This document shows positions 41,601-48,574 of a stretch of DNA of 64,000 nucleotides, in pieces. The stretch lies in IMG/VR virus record IMGVR_UViG_3300042197_002147, positions 1-64,000 of that record; one strand, given 5' to 3'. This stretch comes from a virus. A program made the translations under genes and the position numbers. Under the pieces are notes generated by a model. It was given only the letters and a program-made list of their open reading frames with translations, was not told the DNA's origin and did not search any database. Numbering within the stretch: position 1 is the stretch's first letter; every line of letters starts with the position of its first letter.

Positions 41601-41628
41601 AAAACAATACGAACTTTGCGAGGAATAA
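32632..41628 (+). CDS. Giant 2998 aa fibre/adhesin: collagen, cysteine repeats and a long Ig/PKD (cadherin-like) repeat chain
   Basis: N-terminal about 500 aa paralogous to 29310..32618; recurring N..P.....A.DPDGG...Y.W...G.Y...L.VTD..G units; PTANAGND PKD signature. Confidence 0.8.
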   Translation: MYSSSINTLKMMGPDGPTGSVGPTGSTGPTGPTGATGSTGAVGPYIVSVDATTSRAIFTLSNGLTFGITGSFSGNTAYSSTEQATSIGSGTSILGTATPGQLNIKGISAIGSLVVSTTSNNLSIDTIYKSVVGNLDALGLSADTLMYLKSPELASSTRIKLDGTGDLDFQNQFYLNDAAFIKYVGPIKKNQYVGITGAIENITNGTTGGIYIDLENGGFYQLNTPIGIAGFTGTFNKNEIISATLVFTSDDIWKFPENVYFESGENYFTCGKSIVNISTFDGGENWYAVVSQRGLDIESFASCKPSIGKGSCCYVKYPQNTVNCIDYVSRDECDLLGGSFNPLLSCSQSCGLTFGLCCSNGNCIENVSPDECAFFGGVFYSALSCNTYTNNPNGKNYDEPIENGRLCYNPCETEKLVCCKNGTCLGSNYSRIQCELILGGKSVTGGDCSTVNCCENNIGVGACCACKAKGLLCYDNLTPQECLSAEYDGVFMGQNELCDNVNCTCVGGSNEQVGETFPTFDLIVVQNPVAPNQRGHVRIVNVEDAEGGPFQYKVTLNRIIDLLPETIYTTEYFDITNPINTDYFTEPLEHLTDEGIPTIYEVVISVRDTDNNISTKSKFISVNDVIPEIVSISVVPSSPIIYEEPETYPINVGSTVLVTARDPDGGSVFYEFSIEPSENEVSFIEMQSNMIAVTLVVKETTNNNTTVTVKCVVTDEESQSVTVMVPIVFQKDVAPEYDIVIDPPGEGTDLPDWVYNGCLNASTYPAAGRIGTTLRPRIKIPANQGNIKLYYGMAMYREEGPGQYYCCMNCQQIVMPNGEQDIISGINDITIDLPEVAGNTAGLYILSTILRQQPYNEFNTISRAKAVRITNEGPQIIEITPDIVINMDPSEPQLQVPTAFIPNGIFKEVQFGVTAADINNNLVGALFFPRLIANGNVLSYNYTYTSGYVRPVSNVTKIGNYFTQRWRFFYESNYQIDHQVNDEVLYTDIDSSNLSIIRVSNTSPSIFSITSNIVIPPETAFSVTGSGITDPDPADVLQFKWVLSKSDSSIIEDTGWQTLSGSSVTYTKSTGLPGAQTNQVYFVDLFVKDPNENVATKRCTVTVQNSLPIIGVTYDTDISSPFVKFINGTDANLGLLEKLILDTTITASDPDGGSLTYNTTVSGGPFSINGQTTSKPKIELLQKGNYLIFHTVTDNEGGTDFIQSNVEILENERPSINFDSTQSSILFPCSGQNLVDVIATVSDTETPFSNLTNATIVPISYPSTPPELIGTVLTDNGSSGDITTRFKVFNTGTYTFKASITEPGIDDTISQTVEASTTITVSADPNFNPSIPPISPITVSNPISNFLFTINAFDVNGINPLLSNVRLETGADPYFRINSTTTTQQGDNTSIQFVLDISVLSTTVPNGLYSLIIKIIDNCGRSFEQTSGFVNVQNTAPSVTITNPTQTVVSSTLPVTLNLSASGYDPDGSTLIYNWTLTGPSTTYNFSANNSSSSNNTILTGLNKGGQHQVSVTVTDSSGSTSVPAAVTLNVTDPNPTANAGNDLSITYPDLTTFPKTFSLDGTGSTDQSGGSISLYQWSIISQSGSTIEFVGSNQISTPTVKVNGFGTYTLSLVVTDNNSNVSSPDTVTLTLLRDIAPTVNLTASSTNITLPTNSINLQINTSTDVTSATITEVTSFGATIVSPVKLNSTTWQATINNLTTNSNGSSRNYTFKATVDDGVNPPVDSNPQTITINNQIPTAEIFIPSSTSGVNMTSNYTFGITAFAVDPDGGSLVNPEFLITTVPPTYTGSVLFGAISQNVSTSGTTYSAQCTIAAPIKIGNYGFAFMITDNEGQTVQSNPKELIFTNQSPTITASKLAHIIPFPTVTQFNTSVYGISVTDQDNNITSSRWRMKSVPSGANSGYSNPLSSTSSYSDILIPFIDSPAPVGGTYTLELQIQDLGGSVVSQDFTVKRNQAPNVSITNPDPNNSVNITLPSTLNLTAVANDPDGFISSYIWTASDPSRVTFSNASSLNTTATFTPIGSTYSISIGFSATDNNGRPTSASPSLTVNVSPNPAPVITSFSASPTNPLISGANQSASTTLTVNATDNEGITYFFKQVPEAGTPTVSITQNPLQNQAVVSGMTLPFSNSTIASSKVYKFQAEVTDASGNKITSNTLNVTAESSQPTISNVNSNLGSITFTGSSQSININPTPGATAIDPDGGILNYLWTNPTKPAGAGIVTINNSNTFTPTATNFTQPGSYGFNLLVTDNEGTQNNQTVSLTLTNAAAPTFGTLPVSGVVQNPVLSVSRTCTISNASATPSSTNAGPVNVTAGVTQISGQTAPTVSVSNGTNIQSSATVSININTATMTPGIDFTISVTATSTTNASLSATTAFTIRKNALPILPPLSGSGGNVNTKLNFTISGVGFASDPDVGGSITRYDWTTNPPTSSIFPNNNAGATFVGITFNATGTYTVSCRAVDILSEGTTANLTGIAIAAPPADPCTLKNYARSSGYLYNIIVPNEAIRGASKGPGAPPAPPNTCPPPPSSPIQSLFNSGSAFASNWDYLGAFSAGELGWKINPAKPTGDDNTGTKYPYSNFILRNGNYFDHSATAFSLDYFDSWKSASTALIPVAAIRRVTRPFDLSFAYLSGIYPNLQNRTQYENRFIQFINSNEFDFTSNAEQDKTVRLGDGIPFIFKCSCWDANEELSYTNWYDYTSQTGSQEFNLTCPSGTTRKPRSLIVVRFKQATAMSAVTNGPSGNATKCHNFTNVGGGEGAQVVTTDITAYYVSRNEAQSATTDTCKIGVGKYALIRYEINYPKDSTGDGSLTKTICSDSSTNVGTCSGASNLFIPVSTLSFTTYQSDPDIANQLGNFPKVVNIPEICTPCTTSGPAQTDANRTAKRKYSDITWTTSSMAWATTSAPLSVTSNRAFVPPEFICVADCENSSYLSGGTCITTMTGPCAAAAFTGEETPINDSNGNENLIWIKIYSSEDPTLYECVPVLYDLEILKQYELCEE
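32667..34022 (+). repeat. Duplicated fibre N-terminal cassette, copy 2
   Basis: Near-identical to 29345-30700 with many synonymous differences. Confidence 0.92.
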
Positions 41629-43206
41629 ATGGCAATACAGTTTAGAACAAGAACAAAAAGTGCAATAAACTATTCCACGGAACTGAAATCTATTGGAGTG
41701 TGTTGTGGTATAGATGGATCAAAAACATCTAAAACATTTTTAGAATGTTTTCAGTCTGGTGGAAACTTTCAATACGGAAACATAAATGAAGTTGATTGTA
41801 TAAGTCCGGGTGCAACTGGTTGTTGTTGCTCATGTTCAAATGAAACATTAGAAGGTAGTTTATTTAATGGTGTTATTTATCCAGATTTATTAACGCAATG
41901 TGGAGGAATAATAAACAATAATAGATTAGGTTTAGTGAATGGAACTTCAAAGTGTGAATGTGAAAGATTGGGTGGCGTTTGGAATCAGGGACCCTGTCCA
42001 ACAAATGGTCAAAGTGCGACATTAGATCCAGCCTACGACCCAAATAGTATTTTAATTGGTAATTCAACAGCAGACAAATATTGTGGAAAATTATTTCCAG
42101 TTGGTGATTTATTATCAAATGAAGCATGTCTATTTGATGTAAGAGTTCCAAGATCTTGTTGCTATATGGATAGAGATGATAACAATGTTCCCACTAAAGT
42201 TATTTGTGAAAATGTTTGCAAGAGTTCAGATTGCATGGGTTATACTGCATCAAATCAACCAGCAATATTTTCCAAGAAAAAATTATGCAATGCTGATTTA
42301 TTAGGTAATGGCACGGCAGATTGCACATCTTCTAGTTTTTTGAGTTATTATTCTACTGGAACTGCTTTATTTGATGATTTTTCACATGGACCTTGTTTCA
42401 GATTAAAGAAAACAAATAACACATATTCATATGATTGTGAATTGACATCAAAAGAATTATGTGAAGAGTACTGGACTGAATTATTAGATGATTCGAAGGT
42501 ATGCAACCACAATTATGCACCACAAGTTCCAACTAAAACTGGAAGTAGAATTATAGAACCAGAAACAATGTCAGAATATTCTTTTAATTTGCTTGGTCTT
42601 AATATTGGTGCAACTTATAAAGGTGGAATTTATATGGGAATCTATGAACCGGGTTCTCCGATTACACCAACTGCTTCTGATATTTTTGGTGCAGAACAAT
42701 TAACACAAAAAACAGGAACACTGTTAAAATCAAATGCTTCCGGACCTGGAGAAAAGAAAAATAAAAAATGGGCAATAATAGTAGAACCCTCAATTTATTT
42801 TACAACATTTTTAGATGTGGGGGAACAACTACAAACAAGTCAAAGAAATTTATCAAAATATGATGGATTTTATAATTTTTATGGGGACAATAGAACATTT
42901 AACGGAATAAAAACAAAATTAACAAATACAATATGCGGTAAAAATAGAAAAGGATTTGCAGATTTTTATGTTCCCTCTTTGAAAGAGTTGCAATTTTTTG
43001 CAAAACAATATCAGGTTTATGTTTCTGGTGTCACTAATTATATAATACCAAGAGGCGCATTTATGACATCATCAATGTATAACGAAAAATTATTATATAG
43101 TCAGTATTTGACTCTATCTGATTCGTATAACTATGGTAGAGTAATTTTGTCTGCTCCGACTACAAATCTTTCTATATTGTTTTTTAGAAGAATTTTATTG
43201 ACATAA
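41629..43206 (+). CDS. Cysteine-repeat protein with a DUF1566/Lcl-like C-terminus and no collagen
   Basis: GVCC, GCCC, RSCC repeats, CERLGGVW; IGATYKGGIYMG...DG..N...GFADFYVPSLKEL...MTSS...FRRI. Confidence 0.62.
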   Translation: MAIQFRTRTKSAINYSTELKSIGVCCGIDGSKTSKTFLECFQSGGNFQYGNINEVDCISPGATGCCCSCSNETLEGSLFNGVIYPDLLTQCGGIINNNRLGLVNGTSKCECERLGGVWNQGPCPTNGQSATLDPAYDPNSILIGNSTADKYCGKLFPVGDLLSNEACLFDVRVPRSCCYMDRDDNNVPTKVICENVCKSSDCMGYTASNQPAIFSKKKLCNADLLGNGTADCTSSSFLSYYSTGTALFDDFSHGPCFRLKKTNNTYSYDCELTSKELCEEYWTELLDDSKVCNHNYAPQVPTKTGSRIIEPETMSEYSFNLLGLNIGATYKGGIYMGIYEPGSPITPTASDIFGAEQLTQKTGTLLKSNASGPGEKKNKKWAIIVEPSIYFTTFLDVGEQLQTSQRNLSKYDGFYNFYGDNRTFNGIKTKLTNTICGKNRKGFADFYVPSLKELQFFAKQYQVYVSGVTNYIIPRGAFMTSSMYNEKLLYSQYLTLSDSYNYGRVILSAPTTNLSILFFRRILLT

Positions 43207-43209
43207 ATA
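43202..43209 (+). promoter_or_regulatory. Late promoter variant CATAAATA
   Basis: One mismatch to TATAAATA; upstream of the GGAG RBS and ATG 43226. Confidence 0.55.
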
Positions 43210-43225
43210 GAAATGGAGATATATT

Positions 43226-43753
43226 ATGGGGTGCAATTGTAGGAAAAATAATATGAATAATGAAACTGAATTTCGTAAAGATGAAATAAAAGAACAAAAC
43301 ATAGTAAGTAAAAAGATCAGTATGATTCAAAGTTTTGCAACTGCTTTGACATCTAGAGGTCTGAGTAACGAAAAGGTTAATAAACCAACAAAACAACTTA
43401 GAGTTCTTAGTTGCTTTGGAAATAAACAAGAGGGTGGAGAACTTCCTCCTTGCGAATATCTAAAGCAGAGCACAACCCCCGGAAAACATTTTTGCGGTGG
43501 ATGCGGTTGTGGTGATCGCAAAGGAACATGGTTGGTCGCAGAAGGCGATGAGTATAGTAAGTTGGATTATCCTAAGTTGAACTGTCCTTTACAGATGCCA
43601 GGATTCACCAATTACAAAGCCTCTTCTCAGGAAGAGTCAGTTGCACCTATAACACGAAGATATTACATAGAAAACATATCTTATAAAGATTTAGAAAAGA
43701 TAAAGGTTTCTACACACGAACCTCCTGTAACTGAAGAAAAAACAAAAGATTAA
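43226..43753 (+). CDS. Small cysteine-rich, putative metal-binding protein
   Basis: MGCNCRK N-terminus; R...C...PCEYL...CGGCGCG...KL...CP; GGAG RBS. Confidence 0.65.
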   Translation: MGCNCRKNNMNNETEFRKDEIKEQNIVSKKISMIQSFATALTSRGLSNEKVNKPTKQLRVLSCFGNKQEGGELPPCEYLKQSTTPGKHFCGGCGCGDRKGTWLVAEGDEYSKLDYPKLNCPLQMPGFTNYKASSQEESVAPITRRYYIENISYKDLEKIKVSTHEPPVTEEKTKD

Positions 43754-43759
43754 TAAAAT

Positions 43760-43791
43760 AAAATCTCCTTATAAATAAGTAAGGAGATTTT
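43760..43791 (+). promoter_or_regulatory. Late promoter TATAAATA within a 12 bp hairpin that sequesters the gp13 RBS
   Basis: AAAATCTCCTTA (43760-43771) pairs perfectly with TAAGGAGATTTT (43780-43791); TATAAATA at 43770-43777. Confidence 0.82.
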
Positions 43792-43794
43792 TAA

Positions 43795-44595
43795 ATGGCA
43801 ATTAATTCCAGAGAAGCAATAATAGACTACGCACTCAGAAATCTGGGTCATCCTGTAATTCAAATAAATGTCGATTATAAGCAATGTGAAGACAGATTAG
43901 ATGAGGCCCTTGAGTATTTTGCCGAAAGACACTTTGATGGTGTCGAGCGTGCATTTTTTAAATACCAATTAACACAAACAGATATAAACAATGGATATAT
44001 TGAAACATCTAGTCTAGGTCCAACTAATGGACCTGGTGGGGATGGACCAACAGGAAACGACATATTAAGCGTAGTTAAAATTTTTCAATTTGGAAATTTA
44101 ACAACAGTTGATATGTTTGATATTCGCTATCAATTAGCTTTAACAGATTATTTTGGTATAAATCGCGGACTTGCTGGTTCGCCGGCAATGGGTCTTGCTT
44201 CTTACGATTCCGCAAAAAGATATATCAAACTAATTCAAGATTTTTTCCAACCAGAAAAAAGAATTGAATTTAGCAAAGTTACAAACAGAATTCATATAAC
44301 CGGAAGAAAAGCAGATCTGATCGCTGGACAGTATGTTATTTTGGAAACATTTGTGCTATTGAATCCAGAAAAATATACAGAAATCTATAACGACCGTCTA
44401 TTAAAAAAGTACCTAACGGCCCTCATAAAAAGACAATGGGGCGCAAACATGGCTAAATATGACGGCGTTCAGCTCCCTGGCGGAATAACCCTTAAGGGAG
44501 CTGCGATATATCAAGAAGCACAGGCCGAAATACAAGCAATTGAGGTCGAACTTCTAACCGCGTATGAGTTACCTATAGATTTTATGGTAGGATAA
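43795..44595 (+). CDS. gp13: Neck protein gp13
   Basis: DYALR.LG.PVI.INVD..Q.EDR.DEAL.YF.E.H.DG, YND..LKKY.TALIKRQWG.N..K..G.QLPGG. Confidence 0.96.
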   Translation: MAINSREAIIDYALRNLGHPVIQINVDYKQCEDRLDEALEYFAERHFDGVERAFFKYQLTQTDINNGYIETSSLGPTNGPGGDGPTGNDILSVVKIFQFGNLTTVDMFDIRYQLALTDYFGINRGLAGSPAMGLASYDSAKRYIKLIQDFFQPEKRIEFSKVTNRIHITGRKADLIAGQYVILETFVLLNPEKYTEIYNDRLLKKYLTALIKRQWGANMAKYDGVQLPGGITLKGAAIYQEAQAEIQAIEVELLTAYELPIDFMVG

Positions 44596-44598
44596 TAA

Positions 44599-45537
44599 AT
44601 GGCAGTTAATCCATTCTTTCGTGACAGCACAGCAGAGCAAAGACTACTCAACGATTTGACTATAGAGACAATTCGTGCAATGGGTAGAGATATGGTTTAT
44701 ATACCAAGAAATTATGTAAACCTAGATGAATTATTTGGTGAAGATATACAAAACAAATTTACTGACGCATACACAATTGAAATGTACATTAAAAATGTCA
44801 TGCAATTTGATGGTCAGGGTGATGTTATCAGTAAATTTGGAATAAACATAACAGATAGAGTTTCTTTAGTTTTGTCAAAAACAAGATTTGAACAGGAAAT
44901 TACAACTAAAGATGCAGAAATAAAATATCCAAGAGTAGGTGATCTTGTTTACTTTCCATTGAGCAATTCTTTGTTTGAGATTAATCATGTAAATAAAAGA
45001 GATCCATTTTATCAATTTGGTACACTAACAACATATACATTGGAGTGCGAACTCTTCTCATATAGCAATGAAGAAATCACCACTGGTATTAGCGACATTG
45101 ATACAATAGAAGATGATCGAAAAGAGTATGCACTAAAAATGTTTATTGGTGCAACTGCCGTTGATCCTGTTTTTGGTTCATACTATTCTGGAGAAAAGGT
45201 ATATCAAGTTCTTGGTTTAAGTGGAGCTGGTGCTACATTGTCCTCAGCAACAGCAACAGCAACAATTGTAGAACAAATAGACGGAACAACTTACGATATT
45301 CTGTATCTTGCCAATGTCGTTGGAACATTTGCTACGGGTGGTCAAACAATCAAAGGAGCAAATTCTGGTGCAGAATTTACAGTACAAAACAGTTTCACAA
45401 CAAATATTCTTATACAGAAAGATCCACAGAATACAATATCTGCAAACAAGGATAATGACATATTGCAATTTAAGAGCACAAGTACAGGAATCTTTGACTT
45501 CACCGAAACAGATCCATTCTCGGAAGGTAAATATTAA
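44599..45537 (+). CDS. gp14: Neck protein gp14
   Basis: NPFF...EQ.L..DL..E.I...G.D..YIPR, SKFG, P..GDLVYFP, PFYQ.G, DF.E.DPFSE. Confidence 0.95.
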   Translation: MAVNPFFRDSTAEQRLLNDLTIETIRAMGRDMVYIPRNYVNLDELFGEDIQNKFTDAYTIEMYIKNVMQFDGQGDVISKFGINITDRVSLVLSKTRFEQEITTKDAEIKYPRVGDLVYFPLSNSLFEINHVNKRDPFYQFGTLTTYTLECELFSYSNEEITTGISDIDTIEDDRKEYALKMFIGATAVDPVFGSYYSGEKVYQVLGLSGAGATLSSATATATIVEQIDGTTYDILYLANVVGTFATGGQTIKGANSGAEFTVQNSFTTNILIQKDPQNTISANKDNDILQFKSTSTGIFDFTETDPFSEGKY

Positions 45538-46298
45538 TGTTTGGAATAGAATCAAGTTATTATAACGAAACAATTAGAAAGCTAGTAATAGCATTTGGTT
45601 CTCTATTTAATGAAATTTATTTGTCAAAATACGATGCAAATGACAATGTAACGGAAAAAGTAAGAGTTCCTATAACATACGGACCGAAGGAAAAGTTTGT
45701 TCGTAAGCTCAGAGAAGATAGCACAATAACAGACAATGCTCATGTTCAAATAACTTTACCAAGATTTGGTTTTGATATTACTACTTACTTGTATGACCCG
45801 ACAAGAAAAGTAAATAAAATGAAAAAGATTTCTATGGAATCGAATAATGTAGAAAGTTCAATGTGGGCCGAGGTTCCATACAATATAAATTTTGGTTTGT
45901 ATCTTTTTACTAGAAATGTAACAGATAATTTGCAAATTGTAGAACAAATTCTTCCAAATTTTTCTCCAGACTTTACTGTGACATTAAAAATGAACAAACT
46001 GGCAACTAAGGTAGATGTTCCAGTAATTCTAAACTCTGTTGCAACGAATGAAGATTATGAGGGAGATTTTGGTAATCGAAGACTCATAACAACAGTTTTT
46101 GATTTTACAGCAAAAGCGTATTTGTATGGGCAAATTAAAGATAGATCACCGCTTTCAATTGAGACATCCGAAGTTAACTTCTTCAACATGTCTCTTGGTT
46201 CTACAGCAAGTGCTTATAACTTTATAACTGATTTTGGTTGGACTGGCGATTCTGCAACTGGAAATACGACAAGCACAAATGGATCGAATATAATATGA
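45537..46298 (+). CDS. gp15: Tail sheath stabiliser/terminator gp15
   Basis: YY.ETIRK..IAFG.LFN, VP..YGPKEKF, LPR.GF, QI.EQILP.F.P, F.AK.YLYG. Confidence 0.96.
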   Translation: MFGIESSYYNETIRKLVIAFGSLFNEIYLSKYDANDNVTEKVRVPITYGPKEKFVRKLREDSTITDNAHVQITLPRFGFDITTYLYDPTRKVNKMKKISMESNNVESSMWAEVPYNINFGLYLFTRNVTDNLQIVEQILPNFSPDFTVTLKMNKLATKVDVPVILNSVATNEDYEGDFGNRRLITTVFDFTAKAYLYGQIKDRSPLSIETSEVNFFNMSLGSTASAYNFITDFGWTGDSATGNTTSTNGSNII

Positions 46299-46308
46299 GG
46301 TTTAAATT

Positions 46309-46791
46309 ATGTCTGAAGAAAAAATATCAAAAGCTTTGGAAATAAAGTATGAAGCTTCTGAAAAACCAAAAGAAGTTATTGTAGATAAAAAACAACTCTC
46401 TCAGATGAAAAGAGAGAGAAGAGAACAATTACTAAATACTGATTTTGATTCTGCCAGAGATGGTATAAAGGATTTGATCAATACCGGGATGGATGCTGTT
46501 GATGGAATAATGAAAGTAGCAACAGCAGGGGATTCCCCCCGCGCTTATGAGGTTGCAGCGACTCTTTTGAAAACAATAAGCGATATGAACAAAGACTTAT
46601 TGGAGATTCATAAACAGGCAAATGAAGCGGAAAAAGATAAAATATCTGTAAAAAACACAACAAATAATTCAATATATGTTGGATCTACCACAGATTTACA
46701 AAATTTGTTAAACAAATCAAGAAGTCAATTTAAATCAGAAGCAAACGATGATAGTATTATAGATGTGGAGGGTGAAGAAGATGCCAATTAA
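46309..46791 (+). CDS. gp16: Terminase small subunit gp16
   Basis: D...AR, PRAYEVAA.L.K, TNNSIYVGST.DLQ.LL. Confidence 0.93.
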   Translation: MSEEKISKALEIKYEASEKPKEVIVDKKQLSQMKRERREQLLNTDFDSARDGIKDLINTGMDAVDGIMKVATAGDSPRAYEVAATLLKTISDMNKDLLEIHKQANEAEKDKISVKNTTNNSIYVGSTTDLQNLLNKSRSQFKSEANDDSIIDVEGEEDAN

Positions 46792-48511
46792 GTACAATAA
46801 AAAAGGTTATTTAGGTAATAAAAATCTAAAACCAGTCGGCGTAAAGATAGATTTCACAAAAGAACAAGTAGAAGAGTACTTAAAGTGTGCAAATGACCCT
46901 TTGTATTTTGCAAAAAATTATATCAAAGTTGTATCTCTTGACTCTGGTGTAGTTCCTTTTAATTTATACGATTATCAAGAAAAAATTGTACAAACATTAG
47001 CAAATAACAGACATGTAATTTGCAAATTACCCAGACAGTCTGGAAAAACTACAACAGTTGGTCCTGGATATCTGTTAGGAAAAGCATTATTTAATCAGAA
47101 CATGAATATAGCAATTCTTGCAAACAAACAATCTGCTGCAAGAGAAGTTTTAGCAAGAATTAAAATGGCATATGAATATCTTCCTTTGTGGATGCAGCAA
47201 GGTATAGTTGAATGGAACAAGCACTCAATTCAATTAGAAAATGGTTCAAGAATAATTGCTGCCGCCACCAGTTCGAGTGCTGTTCGTGGTGGATCTTTTA
47301 ATATTATTTTATTAGATGAGTTCGGACATGTACCTACGAATGTATCTGAAGAATTTTTTAGTTCGGTGTATCCAACAGTAACATCTGGTCAAACTACTCA
47401 AGTTATCATAATTTCCACTCCAAATGGGTTGAATATGTTTTATCAGTTTTGGAAGGGTGCTGTAAATCAAAAAAATGAATACATTCCAATAGAAGTACAC
47501 TGGAGTCAAGTTCCTGCATATCCTGGCGGTCCTCTTAGAGATGAAGAATGGAAAAAGAAAACAATACAAAATACATCAGAAAGACAGTTTCAACAAGAGT
47601 TTGAATGCGACTTTGTTGGATCTAGTAACACATTAATATCTTCAACCAAATTAAATAGTTTATATTGGAAACAACCACTAGTACGAAATAAAGATGGTTA
47701 TTGGGTTTACGAGGAACCAATAAAACACCAAAAAGACGAAGACAATGTAGAAAAAGATCATGTATATTTCATGACTGTCGATACATCTAGAGGACAAGGA
47801 AAAGATTATAGTGCAATTGTTGTTTTAGATGTAACCCAAACTCCATATAAAGTTGTGGCAAAATACAGAAATAATATTATATCCCCTTTGGTGCTACCTT
47901 CTATAGTTAGATCAATAGGCAAAAAATATAATAATGCTTATTGTTTAGTCGAAGTAAATGATATAGGAGGACAGGTTGCTGATATTTTGCATAATGATCT
48001 AGAATATGAAAATTTAATAAAGGTAAATGTTTTAGGAAGAAAAGGTCAAATAATTAGCGAATTTGGCAGATCTCAGCAAATGGGTGTAAGAACTACAACC
48101 ATAGTGAAAAAATTAGGCTGTTCTGTTTTAAAAAATTTAATAGAACAGGATAAATTGGTTATTGAGGATATAGACATAATTGATGAGTTGACTACCTTTA
48201 TTGCAAAAAGAAATAGTTTTGAGGCAGATGATGGTCATAATGATGATTTAGTGATGTGTTTGGTGTTTTTTGCTTGGGCCACAAGACAAGAATTTTTTAA
48301 AAATTTGACAGATTTAGATGTTCGTTTAGAAATGTATAAAAATGAAATAGAAAAAATAGAATCAGAAATAATGCCTTTTGGTTTTTTTGATGATGGAACA
48401 CCTGAAACTGAAAAAACAGAAAAAATTGGTGAAGATTATTGGATTCTGAGTGATAAACCTATTAAAAAAGTCGATTTTGACACTCCAATTGATATGAAAA
48501 TGTGGTTTTAG
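46781..48511 (+). CDS. gp17: Terminase large subunit gp17
   Basis: YLGN.NLK, Walker A PRQSGKTT, Walker B LLDEF, STPNG.N.FY, F.QEFEC, HNDDLVMCL; start at ATG 46781 after GGAGG. Confidence 0.97.
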   Translation: MPIKYNKKGYLGNKNLKPVGVKIDFTKEQVEEYLKCANDPLYFAKNYIKVVSLDSGVVPFNLYDYQEKIVQTLANNRHVICKLPRQSGKTTTVGPGYLLGKALFNQNMNIAILANKQSAAREVLARIKMAYEYLPLWMQQGIVEWNKHSIQLENGSRIIAAATSSSAVRGGSFNIILLDEFGHVPTNVSEEFFSSVYPTVTSGQTTQVIIISTPNGLNMFYQFWKGAVNQKNEYIPIEVHWSQVPAYPGGPLRDEEWKKKTIQNTSERQFQQEFECDFVGSSNTLISSTKLNSLYWKQPLVRNKDGYWVYEEPIKHQKDEDNVEKDHVYFMTVDTSRGQGKDYSAIVVLDVTQTPYKVVAKYRNNIISPLVLPSIVRSIGKKYNNAYCLVEVNDIGGQVADILHNDLEYENLIKVNVLGRKGQIISEFGRSQQMGVRTTTIVKKLGCSVLKNLIEQDKLVIEDIDIIDELTTFIAKRNSFEADDGHNDDLVMCLVFFAWATRQEFFKNLTDLDVRLEMYKNEIEKIESEIMPFGFFDDGTPETEKTEKIGEDYWILSDKPIKKVDFDTPIDMKMWF

Positions 48512-48574
48512 TGAAAACGATAAAAAGGATATATATTTTAGACATATTCTAATAATCATCAAGGAGAAGATAAA

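Noticed and set aside
23220-43206. Diversity-generating retroelement targeting the DUF1566/C-lectin-like tips
   Set aside because: No reverse transcriptase in the window and no template/variable repeat pair with adenine-specific differences seen; the large duplication covers N-termini and differs at all base types. A remote DGR cannot be excluded
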